DNA of 64,000 nt from NCBI GenBank assembly GCA_029252805.1, contig JAQXAR010000009.1, positions 2,400-66,399 of the forward strand, written 5' to 3'. This document shows, piece after piece, positions 40,627-50,225 of the stretch. A model generated the notes under the pieces. It searched no databases. It was not told the DNA's origin and worked only from the letters and a program-made list of their open reading frames with translations. The number at the start of each line of letters is the position of its first letter. Position 1 is the stretch's first letter. A program made the translations under genes and the position numbers. This DNA comes from Rickettsiales bacterium. GTDB taxonomy: Bacteria; Pseudomonadota; Alphaproteobacteria; Rickettsiales; JALZUV01.

Positions 40627-42798
40627 TTACAAAAATGAATAAGGGTCGATATCAATTTTCATTCTGACGGAGGAGGGGACCTTTAGGGGGGTGAGCCATT
40701 CGCGCAGCACATCTTGCAATTTGGTGACGCGCTCGGCCTTGATGAGCAGGCGATAGCGGTACTTTCCGCGTAAGATGGCCAGCGGTGCGGGGGCGGGACC
40801 GATGCATCTAACATCCGCGCACTCTGGCTTGGTTTGCGCGATGCGGCGGGCAAAATCCATGACGATCGGTTCTTTGGGACCCTCTAAGATAATGGCGGCC
40901 AGTTTACCGAAAGGCGGCATTTTCCCAGCGAGACGTTGAGATTTCTCGAGCTCTATGAATCCGTCGCGATCATGGCATTCGAGTGCGACCATGACCGGGT
41001 GCTCAGGCAGGTAGGTTTGGAGCAATACTTTGCCAGGAATATCGGCACGACCGGCACGGCCACCTAGTTGATGCAGTAGTTGCCAGCAGCGTTCGCCCGC
41101 GCGCAGGTCGCCGCCGGCAAGCCCCATATCTGCATCGACCACGCCGACCAGCGCGAGGTTTGGGAAGTGATGACCCTTGGCCATCATCTGCGTGCCGATG
41201 AGCAGATCAATTTCGCCTTGCGTGACAGCGGTGATTAGTCGCTCGGCTTGTTCGGGCGTGGACAGTACATCGCTGGTCATTTGCGCGATGCGGGCTTGTG
41301 GAAAGAGTCGTTCCGCTTCGGCGGCGACGCGCTCGACACCGGGGCCGCAAGCGGTCAGGCAATCGGCCGCGACTTCACCGCATTCTGGGCAATGTTGCGG
41401 TGGCGGCGTACGGAAATCGCAATGGTGGCATTGTAAACGCGGTGGGCGCTGATGTTCGACCAGCCAAGCCGAGCAATGCGGGCAGCCAAAACGATAGCCA
41501 CAAGCACGACATAAGGTAAGCGGTGCAAAGCCACGGCGGTTAAGGAATAACATCGCTTGTTGTTTGGCTTCGAGTGTTTCAACGACCGCAGCTTCGAGCG
41601 GTTCGGATATCCAGCGGTTGATGCCGGGGCGGTTGGAGCGCATGTCGAGAATTTTGACATCGGGCAGTTTCGCTCCACCATGACGGGCCGGAAGCACCAC
41701 GACGTTGTAGCGGTCTTGCTGAACATTGACCACGGTTTCGAGTGACGGCGTGGCAGAGGCCAGCACAATGGGAATCTTTTGACGCATTGCGCGAGCCACG
41801 GCCATATCGCGTGCTTGGTAGATCACGCCATCTTCCTGCTTATAGCTGCCTTCATGTTCTTCATCGACGATGATGAGTTCGAGGTTTTTGAACGGTAAAA
41901 ACAGTGCCGAGCGAGCGCCGACGACCACCGTCGCTTTACCTTGTGCAATGGCGCGCCACGTATCGCGCTTGCGGGCGAGCGGGACGGAGCTATGCCATAA
42001 ATGCGGCTCCTCGCCAAAGCGCGCTTTGAAACGCTCTAACCATTGCACGGAGAGCGCGATTTCTGGCAGTAAGATAAGGGTTTGGCCTTCGGATTTTAGT
42101 TTTTCTTCTATTAGCTCAAAGTACACTTCTGTTTTGCCGGAGCCGGTGACACCATCGATCACACTTACGGAGAATTCTGGTTTAAGGTGAGTCAGGAGTG
42201 TTTCAACCGCCGCTGCCTGTTTATCGGAGAGGTCCGGTTTATGTTGCACTTTATATTTAGGTAGGCGAGGTTCCATCGTAATTTCATGCGCGATGAGTCC
42301 GCCATCCTTGGCGAATTTGCGGATCGTGCCGGCGGAGACTCCACTCGCCTCGACGATTTCTGGCGCTGTGCGAGCATAGCCATCGGCCAAGGCTGTTGCG
42401 ATGGCCACGCGTGCTTTGCTGGTGAGGGGGGCATCAGTGGCGTTAGTATAATGTGTATTTGTTGCGGGCGTATGCAATGCATCCGGTACTGATAGTGCCA
42501 TTTTCAATACGGAGCCTTTAGGCGCCATCGTATACCATGCGACCCAGTCGATAAATTCGCGCATTGGCTCGGTCATGGGTGGAAGATGTTCCGCTTTGGC
42601 AGCAATCATTTTGAGTTTTGCATCGGGCGTTTTACCCTCCGCCTCGCCCCAAACAACACCGTAAATCTCACGCGAGCCAAAAGGCACTCGCACGAAATCA
42701 CCGCTCTCAACCTGTAGAGCATCCGGTACTAAATAGTCGAAAGCCTTGTCAAAAGGCAGCGGAACAAGAACAGCGATGCGAGACATAGCCTGCAGCAT
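40627..42798 (-). CDS. priA: primosomal replication-restart helicase PriA
   Basis: Walker A GVTGSGKTEVY and a DEEH box are present. A Cys-rich zinc-binding insert is also present (CRACGYRFGCPHCSAWL...CHHCDF...CPECG). Confidence 0.95.
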   Translation of the reverse strand: MLQAMSRIAVLVPLPFDKAFDYLVPDALQVESGDFVRVPFGSREIYGVVWGEAEGKTPDAKLKMIAAKAEHLPPMTEPMREFIDWVAWYTMAPKGSVLKMALSVPDALHTPATNTHYTNATDAPLTSKARVAIATALADGYARTAPEIVEASGVSAGTIRKFAKDGGLIAHEITMEPRLPKYKVQHKPDLSDKQAAAVETLLTHLKPEFSVSVIDGVTGSGKTEVYFELIEEKLKSEGQTLILLPEIALSVQWLERFKARFGEEPHLWHSSVPLARKRDTWRAIAQGKATVVVGARSALFLPFKNLELIIVDEEHEGSYKQEDGVIYQARDMAVARAMRQKIPIVLASATPSLETVVNVQQDRYNVVVLPARHGGAKLPDVKILDMRSNRPGINRWISEPLEAAVVETLEAKQQAMLFLNRRGFAPLTLCRACGYRFGCPHCSAWLVEHQRPPRLQCHHCDFRTPPPQHCPECGEVAADCLTACGPGVERVAAEAERLFPQARIAQMTSDVLSTPEQAERLITAVTQGEIDLLIGTQMMAKGHHFPNLALVGVVDADMGLAGGDLRAGERCWQLLHQLGGRAGRADIPGKVLLQTYLPEHPVMVALECHDRDGFIELEKSQRLAGKMPPFGKLAAIILEGPKEPIVMDFARRIAQTKPECADVRCIGPAPAPLAILRGKYRYRLLIKAERVTKLQDVLREWLTPLKVPSSVRMKIDIDPYSFL

Positions 42799-42818
42799 AG
42801 CAAAGTTTTAGTTAAGCG

Positions 42819-44165
42819 TTAGCGAAAAACCTGAGTTGCTTTATTCGGAATGTTTTGACTTGGGGTGCTTGTTTCACAGGGAGGTTCGTTTGAAGTTTTT
42901 TCCGGTGATTCTGTTAATCCATTACCCTCTGGTTTTGGAGGTTTTTCGCCTGAGATATTGGATTTGAAATTGCCTAACGCACTGGCGATAACCACTTCTT
43001 TGCCACGTTCTTTACCCGCTTCAATAATTTCTAATTTCTTTTCGATGCTGATATTGAAGTCGGTATAATTTACGCCTTTGACCTGCACTAAAATCATGCG
43101 GTCAGTATCTCGCGTATCCGTATATTCATCTCGTGTGAGCTTTGCGGCGAGGTCTTTTGTTTTCTGGACTTCCCAATCCTCTAGACCGGGAATGGAATTA
43201 TGCACTTCTATGAATTTTTCTAATTGTGCCGTTTGGCTGTTATCGACTGAGGCCTCAGGGTCCGGAAGAGAAGAAACGCCAATGGCGATGGTTTCAGGGT
43301 TCGGAGTGCCATCTGGCGCATCAAATACTTCGAGCGCGATATTATTGCTTAAACCGCCATCGGTATAATATTTACCATTAATTTTTTCTTGAGCAAAAAC
43401 AAATGGGAAGGAGGCTGAGGCTTGAACCACTTGTGCTATTGGTGCCGATTTTAATGCCTCATTTTTATGGCTGAAAACCGTTTCCTTATATTCAGTTTTG
43501 TCATCAGTCTTTACTACTTCAGAGGCTATAACATAAAAATTTTCCATTTTTAATGCATTGTCGCGGAGATCTTCAGTACTCTCAAAATCAAAGGAGAATG
43601 GTACTGAATTTCCCTGAACGTCGTTGCTGTAATCTTTGTAACGGTCAGTATAATCTGTTTTTTGCCTAGAGGCAGCGGTCAGTTTTTGTTCAAAGAATCC
43701 GAGGTCGTTATTTTGGGCTCTTACACGCCACTCATGCATGTCTTCAAATGTCATATCTGGATGACCTGTACGTTTAGCGATGGCATGCTCGGCCCATTCA
43801 CGAAGAGGAGTGCCGGTGAAGATACCTTTCTTATTAACGACATTGGGGATGATAGTGAGTGCTTCAGAGACACTATCAACAGAAGTTAGTTTCGAATAAT
43901 CCATACCTACGCTCAGAGGTAACAATTCTTCGTCCCGATAGCCGAGATTAACTAAGAGCCCCATCTTGGAACCTGCAGAGGTTCCCACAATGTTTTCGAC
44001 TTCATTGAGCTTTCCAGCTTTATAAAGTTCCATAAAAACGCCAAGCTCCGCAAAAGCGAGAATTCCGCCTCCACCAAAAACGAGATTCTTCGAGTGATCG
44101 TTAACCGTAATGGTCTTCTTGCCTAACAAAGCAGTAATTTCGTTTAAAGGGGGATTTGTTGTCAT
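42819..44165 (-). CDS. patatin-like phospholipase with Pro-rich C-terminal tail
   Basis: A glycine-rich oxyanion motif FGGGGILAF (residues 30-38), the nucleophile elbow GTSAG (Ser63) and a catalytic-Asp motif YTDGGLSNN are present. The gene is AT-rich relative to its neighbours. Confidence 0.85.
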   Translation of the reverse strand: MTTNPPLNEITALLGKKTITVNDHSKNLVFGGGGILAFAELGVFMELYKAGKLNEVENIVGTSAGSKMGLLVNLGYRDEELLPLSVGMDYSKLTSVDSVSEALTIIPNVVNKKGIFTGTPLREWAEHAIAKRTGHPDMTFEDMHEWRVRAQNNDLGFFEQKLTAASRQKTDYTDRYKDYSNDVQGNSVPFSFDFESTEDLRDNALKMENFYVIASEVVKTDDKTEYKETVFSHKNEALKSAPIAQVVQASASFPFVFAQEKINGKYYTDGGLSNNIALEVFDAPDGTPNPETIAIGVSSLPDPEASVDNSQTAQLEKFIEVHNSIPGLEDWEVQKTKDLAAKLTRDEYTDTRDTDRMILVQVKGVNYTDFNISIEKKLEIIEAGKERGKEVVIASALGNFKSNISGEKPPKPEGNGLTESPEKTSNEPPCETSTPSQNIPNKATQVFR

Positions 44166-44214
44166 AGTTTACTATATCGCAACACTATTACGATTAGGTG
44201 ACGCTGGGTAGTAT

Positions 44215-45240
44215 TTACGCGAAGTTTTTGCGAGGGTCGAAGGCGTCGCGCACGGCTTCGCCGATGAAGATCAGTAACGAGAGCATTAGCGCCAAGACCG
44301 CAAAGCCGGAAATACCCAGCCATGGCGCTTGTGGGTTGGATTTACCTTGTGCCAGAAGCTCGCCTAGCGAGGCGGAACCGGGCGGCAGGCCGAAGCCTAG
44401 AAAGTCGAGCGAGGTGAGTGTGGTGATGGATCCGTTAAGGATAAACGGCAGGAAGGTGATGGCCGAAACCATGGCGTTGGGCAGCACATGGCGCCACATG
44501 ATGGTCGGTTCCGATACGCCGAGTGCGCGAGCGGCTTTGACATAATCAAAGTTACGCGCACGCAGGAATTCTGCGCGTACGACATCGACCAGCGACATCC
44601 AACTAAACAGGAGCATCAGCCCGAGTAGCCACCAGAAATTTGGTTCAACGAAACTGGCGAGGATGATGAGGAGATAGAGCACTGGAAGCCCCGCCCAGAT
44701 TTCGATAAAGCGTTGGAAGATAAGGTCGGTCTTGCCACCGAAATAGCCTTGAATCGCGCCAGCAAAGATACCGATAATAGAGGAGGTGATGGTGAGCGTG
44801 AGGCCGAAAATAACGGAAATTCGGAAGCCATAAATCACACGGGCGAGTACATCGCGCCCCTGATCATCGGTGCCGAGCCAGTTCTCTGCGGAGGGCGCTG
44901 AGGGAGCGGGTGTGGCGCTATCGTAGTTGATGGTGGTGTGATCGTAAGCGATGAGTGGGTGCAGCATCCAGCCCTTTGCTTCGATCCGGTCACGCACATA
45001 AGGGTCGCGGTAATCGGCTTCGGTTTCAAATTCGCCACCGAAAGTGGTTTCCGGGTAAGTGTGTAAGACCGGAAAATAGAGTTCATTTTGATAAGACAAA
45101 ACGAGCGGGCGTTCATTTGCAATGAATTCTGCTCCCAGCGTTAGAAAGAAAAGTGCGAGGAAAATCCACAGACTCCACCACCCACGCCGATTGGCTTTAA
45201 AATTGGCGAAGCGTCGCAAGGTGAGGGGAGAGAAATGCAC
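44215..45240 (-). CDS. yejE: ABC importer permease YejE (microcin C / oligopeptide type)
   Basis: The sequence is close to my recollection of E. coli YejE along its length (RRGWWSLWIF, NWLGTDDQGRDVLARVIYG, NFDYVKAARALGVS, EAVRDAFDPR). The start is GTG. Confidence 0.9.
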   Translation of the reverse strand: MHFSPLTLRRFANFKANRRGWWSLWIFLALFFLTLGAEFIANERPLVLSYQNELYFPVLHTYPETTFGGEFETEADYRDPYVRDRIEAKGWMLHPLIAYDHTTINYDSATPAPSAPSAENWLGTDDQGRDVLARVIYGFRISVIFGLTLTITSSIIGIFAGAIQGYFGGKTDLIFQRFIEIWAGLPVLYLLIILASFVEPNFWWLLGLMLLFSWMSLVDVVRAEFLRARNFDYVKAARALGVSEPTIMWRHVLPNAMVSAITFLPFILNGSITTLTSLDFLGFGLPPGSASLGELLAQGKSNPQAPWLGISGFAVLALMLSLLIFIGEAVRDAFDPRKNFA

Positions 45241-46025
45241 TAGCCTAGAATTTCAATTTGTTCAGGTTGGTGCAGGTCCATTGCGGGGCCGTTATAGCGG
45301 TAGGTCCAGCCGCGTAGACGGACGCGTTTGCCGGCAAGGGCTTTGACATCGTATTTTTTGAACAGGGTCTTGGCGTCTTGCTTGCTGATGACGCCGCTGA
45401 AATCCGTTTTCCAATCCTCATCGAAGTTCAGGAACCAACCGCCTTTCACTTTGGCGACTTTCTTGACTACGCCTTCGACGAGCAGATAACGCTCCTTACC
45501 GCCTGTATCAACGCCATCAGAAGATTGTGGATCCCAATAGCTATTTTGCCAGATGCCGCGTTTGGCTTGGCGAGCCTTGTTTTCGAGCTTCAGCCATGCC
45601 GGCAGCGGTTTGCGTAAATCCGGAAAAGGATAGGCCAGCGCCCAACCTTCGCTAATCATGGCTTCCTGTACGCTGCGCCCGTCTTTTAAGCGAGCGATGG
45701 CGACAAAGCGGCCTTTGCGATCTTTTTTTTCTGGGCCGAATTCGAGGGTGAGCGTTTGGTTCTGGATGAGATCAATGAGCGCCTGATGCGACTGTTTTCC
45801 CATCGGTTCGCCAGGGCGTTTAAGGCCGTGAGTCTCGCGGATATTGGGAACTTGAAGGCTGGCGAGGCGCACTTTCTTGCCACTTTTAGCAGTGAAGCTT
45901 TTACCATTATGCACGTGTTTAACGGTGACCGTTTCAGTTTCCGCATTTTGCTTCGTTTGAGAGGCGAGTGAGGGGAAAAGTGCCGCTAATGCGAGTACCA
46001 TGCCGAGAATCCATAATAATTTCAT
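45240..46025 (-). CDS. secreted thermonuclease (staphylococcal nuclease)-family protein
   Basis: A signal peptide and SNase-like core segments (VRLASLQVPNIRE, GRFVAIARLKDGRSVQEAMISEGWA) are present. The stop overlaps the yejE start by 1 nt. Confidence 0.7.
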   Translation of the reverse strand: MKLLWILGMVLALAALFPSLASQTKQNAETETVTVKHVHNGKSFTAKSGKKVRLASLQVPNIRETHGLKRPGEPMGKQSHQALIDLIQNQTLTLEFGPEKKDRKGRFVAIARLKDGRSVQEAMISEGWALAYPFPDLRKPLPAWLKLENKARQAKRGIWQNSYWDPQSSDGVDTGGKERYLLVEGVVKKVAKVKGGWFLNFDEDWKTDFSGVISKQDAKTLFKKYDVKALAGKRVRLRGWTYRYNGPAMDLHQPEQIEILG

Positions 46026-46080
46026 GTATTTTGTTTAGCGCGCTATTGCTTTTGGGGCAATGGATTGATATGGCAGTCTT

Positions 46081-46407
46081 ATGGCTTTATTTATTTTATT
46101 TATTTCGTTTTTCTCAGCGCTTTACGGCGCGTGGGTATTTTTCACCGGTTATTTCGGGGCAGAGAATGCGACTCAGCAATTGACTGCCGCCATGGCCGGC
46201 ATTGGTTTTGCGCTGATTCCTTACATTGTGGGTCGTTCGCTTTCTGAGATGGTGGCGATTCGCCAGCGTCACTTGATGTTGGAGCAAACCACGCTACAGC
46301 AGCGTATGATGCTGGAAGCGATGGATGAGGCCGCGCGTGAAGCGGAAGCGACGGAGCAACAGTCTGCTCCACCAGAGAGCGCGCCTCCAGCACCTCCACA
46401 AGGCTAA
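46081..46407 (+). CDS. hypothetical small membrane protein (two TM segments plus charged, Pro-rich tail)
   Basis: This is the best of three overlapping ORFs in this gap. The hydrophobic N-terminal half looks like a membrane segment. Confidence 0.4.
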   Translation: MALFILFISFFSALYGAWVFFTGYFGAENATQQLTAAMAGIGFALIPYIVGRSLSEMVAIRQRHLMLEQTTLQQRMMLEAMDEAAREAEATEQQSAPPESAPPAPPQG

Positions 46408-46588
46408 AACATCATCAAATAGGCAATAATTGCCTATAAGGCGGAAAATAATCCCCATTTGGGACAGTTTTTGTGCTATGGTAAGCTTCTTAGCGGGGTT
46501 TCCGACGATCTGCCGATAAGCGCCTTCAGCCTTGCTGAATGTGTTTTAAGGCAGGAAATAAGGTCCCCTCTGAGAGCGCCGCCAGATT

Positions 46589-46604
46589 TGGCATGAAAAT
46601 AGCA
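46589..46604 (+). promoter_or_regulatory. candidate sigma-54 (-24/-12) promoter upstream of flgB
   Basis: TGGCATGAAAATAGCA compares with the consensus TGGCACG-N4-TTGCW. The GG and GC dinucleotides have the correct spacing. The element ends only 11 nt before the flgB ATG. Confidence 0.3.
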
Positions 46605-46615
46605 TATAGAGTCGT

Positions 46616-47020
46616 ATGGATTATTCAGGAATTACACTTTTTAAAATGATGAAAGCCAAAATGGGCTATCATGCAGAGCGTCAGGATATTTTGGCGCGTA
46701 ATGTTTCAAACATTGATACGCCGGGCTATAAGGCGCACGATCTGAAGAAACTCGATTTCCATCGTTTGGCGATGATTGAGTCGCGTCGTTTGCGTGTGCG
46801 TGCGACCAATTCAAACCATATTACCGATACGAAAAAGGAGCATCTGAATTTCCGCAGTGAGAAATCGCGTGAAACTTATGAGACGACGCCGGTCGAAAAT
46901 AATATCGTCTTGGAAGAGCAAATGATGAAAGTCGCTGAAAATCAGTTGGAATATCAAAAAGTTACGAATCTCTATTCGAAGGTGGGCAAGATGTTCAAAA
47001 CCGCGATTGGTAACCAGTAA
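46616..47020 (+). CDS. flgB: flagellar basal-body rod protein FlgB
   Basis: The N-terminal rod motif NVSNIDTPGYKA is present. The flgB-flgC-fliE order supports the call. Confidence 0.9.
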   Translation: MDYSGITLFKMMKAKMGYHAERQDILARNVSNIDTPGYKAHDLKKLDFHRLAMIESRRLRVRATNSNHITDTKKEHLNFRSEKSRETYETTPVENNIVLEEQMMKVAENQLEYQKVTNLYSKVGKMFKTAIGNQ

Positions 47021-47033
47021 GGGAGTATGAAGC

Positions 47034-47444
47034 ATGGATCTCGTTAAATCATTACATATCGCCGCATCAGGCATGAAGGCGCAGAGCGATCGCTTGCGCA
47101 TTGTTTCCGAAAACATCGCCAATGCCGAGTCAGTCGGACAGCATCCGGGAGATCAGCCATATCGCCGTAAAACCATTACGTTTAAGAATGAACTCGATCG
47201 CGAAATGGGCATCCATAAAGTCGAGGTCTCGGATTACGGCACGGATAAAACACCGTTTCAGCGTAAATATGAACCGTCACATCCAGCAGCCGATCCTCAG
47301 GGCTATGTGTTGCAACCTAACGTCAACTCGATGATGGAAATGATGGATATGCGTGAGGCTCGCCGTGGTTATGAGTCTAATATGAATATTATTGAAGTAT
47401 CAAAAGCGATGTTGCAGCAAACGATTGGTCTGCTAAACCAGTAA
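47034..47444 (+). CDS. flgC: flagellar basal-body rod protein FlgC
   Basis: The motifs SENIANAES and PYRRK are present, with a C-terminal rod motif NMNIIEVSKAMLQ. Confidence 0.93.
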   Translation: MDLVKSLHIAASGMKAQSDRLRIVSENIANAESVGQHPGDQPYRRKTITFKNELDREMGIHKVEVSDYGTDKTPFQRKYEPSHPAADPQGYVLQPNVNSMMEMMDMREARRGYESNMNIIEVSKAMLQQTIGLLNQ

Positions 47445-47502
47445 TGAACGAAGCGTTTTAAAAGCGCACGGCCTTACGCTAAAAAGAGAATAGGATATAA
47501 AC

Positions 47503-47829
47503 ATGGATATCAGTAAAGCAGCGGCAGCCTATAACCAAACCAGTGGTATGGGTGGCAGTGCGGTTAAAAGTGCGGATACGGTGTCTCTTGGCAATGAGGC
47601 CGATCAAATTGGTCCTAGCTTCTCCGATCTCGTGGCGGAAGGTTTAGAGAATGCGCGTTCAACCGGCTATACGTCTGAAGCAGTCAGCACGGAAGCGTTG
47701 GCAAATAAGGCAGAGTTGCATGATCTCGTCACGGCGATGTCCAATGCAGAACTTACCTTGAACACCGTTGTCGCTGTGCGTGATCGTATGGTGCAGGCCT
47801 ATCAAGATATTATCAAAATGCCTATTTAG
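47503..47829 (+). CDS. fliE: flagellar hook-basal body complex protein FliE
   Basis: The protein is 108 aa and ends VVAVRDRMVQAYQDIIKMPI. It follows flgC. Confidence 0.88.
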   Translation: MDISKAAAAYNQTSGMGGSAVKSADTVSLGNEADQIGPSFSDLVAEGLENARSTGYTSEAVSTEALANKAELHDLVTAMSNAELTLNTVVAVRDRMVQAYQDIIKMPI

Positions 47830-47854
47830 GGCGCTCAAGTCCTGCGCAGATCTA

Positions 47855-48970
47855 ATGAAATTACAGCCATTCTTTTTAGAGCGCTATTTTGCTAAACATG
47901 AGTTTAATGTGAAGTATCTGCTATGCTCTTCTGATTGTGAATCTTATACGATTGCCGACCTTCTTGCGTGGGATTCGTCTGCGCAGCAGCAGTTTCACGA
48001 TCTTCATCTTGGCTATACTGAATCGTTAGGGCACCCTGAATTAAGACAGGCGATTGCGACCCTCTATGAGGGTACAACGTCAGAGGAAATTCTAGTCCAT
48101 TCTGGGGCGGAGGAAGCTATTTTCCTCTTTATGCAAGCGTTGCTGGAATCTGGCGATCATGTTGTGGTTCATTTCCCATGCTATCAATCTCTCGGAGAAG
48201 TCCCTCGTGCCTTAGGCTGTGAGGTCAGCTTCTGGAAAGCGGACGAGGATAAAGGCTGGGCTTTGGATATTAACCAGCTTGAGAGCCTCATTAAGCCTAA
48301 TACAAAGGCCGTGATTATCAATTGTCCGCACAACCCTACGGGCTATGTGATGGCGCAGGATGATTTTACGGCGCTCATTGAAATTTGCCGTAAGCATGAT
48401 GTTTATTTATTCTGCGATGAAGTTTATCGTTATCTCGAATATGGCACAGAAACTCGCCTTCCTGCTGCCTGTGATGCTTATGAGAAGGCGGTGTCTTTGG
48501 GGGTTATGTCCAAAACATTTGGACTGGCAGGCCTTCGAATCGGCTGGATTGCGACGCAAGATAAAGCCATTTACGAAGCGATAGCTGCATTGAAAGATTA
48601 TACCACCATCTGCAATAGTGCGCCTTCGGAGTTTTTGGCGACATTAGCGCTGAACCACAAAGAAAAAATCATTACGCGGAATCTTTCAATCATTGAAGAG
48701 AACATGACGCTATTAGACCGCTTCTTCGAGAAATATAGCGAGCGGTTTTCATGGGTGCGCCCGAAGGCTGGCCCAATCGCACTGCCACGTTATAGAGGTG
48801 AAGAAGGAACATCGTCACTCGCCAAGGCAGTCGTTGACTCAAAACAAGCGCTTTTGATACCGAGCAGCTTGTTTGATAGGGGAGATCAGCATTTCCGCAT
48901 CGGCTTTGCGCGCAGAAATTTTGCTGAAGGCTGGAAGCAATTTGAAGAATTTATAGATGAAAGCTTATAG
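47855..48970 (+). CDS. class I/II PLP-dependent aminotransferase
   Basis: The PLP-lysine motif SKTFGLAGLRIGW and NPTG are present. I chose the start at MKLQPFFLERYF (47855) because the track start at 47768 would overlap fliE. Confidence 0.85.
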   Translation: MKLQPFFLERYFAKHEFNVKYLLCSSDCESYTIADLLAWDSSAQQQFHDLHLGYTESLGHPELRQAIATLYEGTTSEEILVHSGAEEAIFLFMQALLESGDHVVVHFPCYQSLGEVPRALGCEVSFWKADEDKGWALDINQLESLIKPNTKAVIINCPHNPTGYVMAQDDFTALIEICRKHDVYLFCDEVYRYLEYGTETRLPAACDAYEKAVSLGVMSKTFGLAGLRIGWIATQDKAIYEAIAALKDYTTICNSAPSEFLATLALNHKEKIITRNLSIIEENMTLLDRFFEKYSERFSWVRPKAGPIALPRYRGEEGTSSLAKAVVDSKQALLIPSSLFDRGDQHFRIGFARRNFAEGWKQFEEFIDESL

Positions 48971-49066
48971 TATCCAAAAAAGATACTCGCTTTTTCTTGC
49001 ATGAGGGTGAGAGCGGTCTATAACTAAGTCTTAATAAATTAATTAAGAAAAATAGGCAGGGTCATC

Positions 49067-50116
49067 ATGGATAAGCAAAAAGCGCTTGAAACCGCACTTT
49101 CACAAATTGAAAAAAGCTTCGGCCAAGGCTCGGTCATGAAGCTAGGCGATCAAGAGGCGCTAAGTGTTGAGTCTATTTCAACCGGCTCACTTGGTTTAGA
49201 TATCGGTCTCGGTGTCGGCGGAATTCCCAAAGGTCGTGTCGTTGAGATTTATGGCCCTGAAAGCTCGGGTAAAACAACGTTAACGCTGCATTGTATTGCC
49301 GAAGCGCAAAAACAAGGCGGCACGGCAGCCTTTATTGATGCAGAGCACGCGCTTGATCCTGTTTATGCGAAAAATTTGGGCGTGAATACGGATGAATTGG
49401 TGATCTCTCAGCCCGATACAGGTGAGCAAGCTTTGGAAATCGCGGATACGCTGGTACGTTCTGGCGCGATTGACCTGCTCGTGATTGATTCCGTCGCGGC
49501 ACTTGTCCCGCGTGCGGAGCTAGAAGGCGATATGGGCGATAGCCACATGGGCTTGCAAGCACGTTTGATGAGTCAGGCGCTTCGTAAGCTAACCGGTTCG
49601 ATTTCAAAAACCGGTTGTACTATTATCTTCATTAACCAAATTCGTATGAAAATTGGCGTGATGTTTGGCAATCCTGAAACGACAACCGGCGGTAACGCGT
49701 TGAAGTTCTACAGCTCGGTTCGTATGGATATTCGTCGTATCGGTGCACTCAAAGATAAAGATGAAGTGGTTGGTAACGCGACTCGTGTGAAAATCGTGAA
49801 AAATAAAGTCGCGGCTCCCTTCAAAGTCGTCGAGTTTGATATTATTTACGGCGAAGGTATTTCCAAGCATGGTGAAATTATCGATATGGGCGTGAAAGCG
49901 GAAATTATCGAGAAGTCCGGCGCTTGGTATAGCTATGACAGCCAACGTATCGGCCAGGGTAAAGAGAATGTACGTAAATTCTTGAAAGAAAATCCTGAAA
50001 TCTCGGATGAGATTGAGCGCAAAGTTCGTCAACAAGCCGGTTTGTTAGCCAAAGATATGGAAGATCCATCGATTGCTGATTCTGAAGCCGCGAAAGATGC
50101 AGAAGCCGCCGCTTAA
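49067..50116 (+). CDS. recA: recombinase RecA
   Basis: Walker [11 protein letters not shown] is present and the RecA core is recognisable throughout. Confidence 0.98.
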   Translation: MDKQKALETALSQIEKSFGQGSVMKLGDQEALSVESISTGSLGLDIGLGVGGIPKGRVVEIYGPESSGKTTLTLHCIAEAQKQGGTAAFIDAEHALDPVYAKNLGVNTDELVISQPDTGEQALEIADTLVRSGAIDLLVIDSVAALVPRAELEGDMGDSHMGLQARLMSQALRKLTGSISKTGCTIIFINQIRMKIGVMFGNPETTTGGNALKFYSSVRMDIRRIGALKDKDEVVGNATRVKIVKNKVAAPFKVVEFDIIYGEGISKHGEIIDMGVKAEIIEKSGAWYSYDSQRIGQGKENVRKFLKENPEISDEIERKVRQQAGLLAKDMEDPSIADSEAAKDAEAAA

Positions 50117-50147
50117 TTTAAGCTTTGGTCAAAAGAGTGAATATGAA

Positions 50148-50177
50148 GGGTCTTCCCAATGGGAGGGCCCTTTTTTT
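50148..50177 (+). terminator. rho-independent terminator after recA
   Basis: GGGTCTTCCC-AAT-GGGAGGGCCC pairs with G-U wobbles and is followed by TTTTTTT. Confidence 0.7.
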
Positions 50178-50188
50178 GGATTTCAGGC

Positions 50189-50224
50189 AAAAAAAAGGGT
50201 GCGCGCGGCACCTTCTTTTTTTTA
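50189..50224. terminator. bidirectional terminator
   Basis: An A8 run, a GGTGC...GCACC hairpin and a T-rich run are present. It could serve the minus-strand gene ending at 50226. Confidence 0.6.
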
Positions 50225-50225
50225 A

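Noticed and set aside
48971-49066. I searched for an SOS (LexA) box upstream of recA.
   Set aside because: I found neither the alphaproteobacterial GTTC-N7-GTTC direct repeat nor the CTGT-N8-ACAG type in the 96-nt spacer. A CtrA-like TTAA-N7-TTAA is also absent, since the TTAA repeats there have the wrong spacing.
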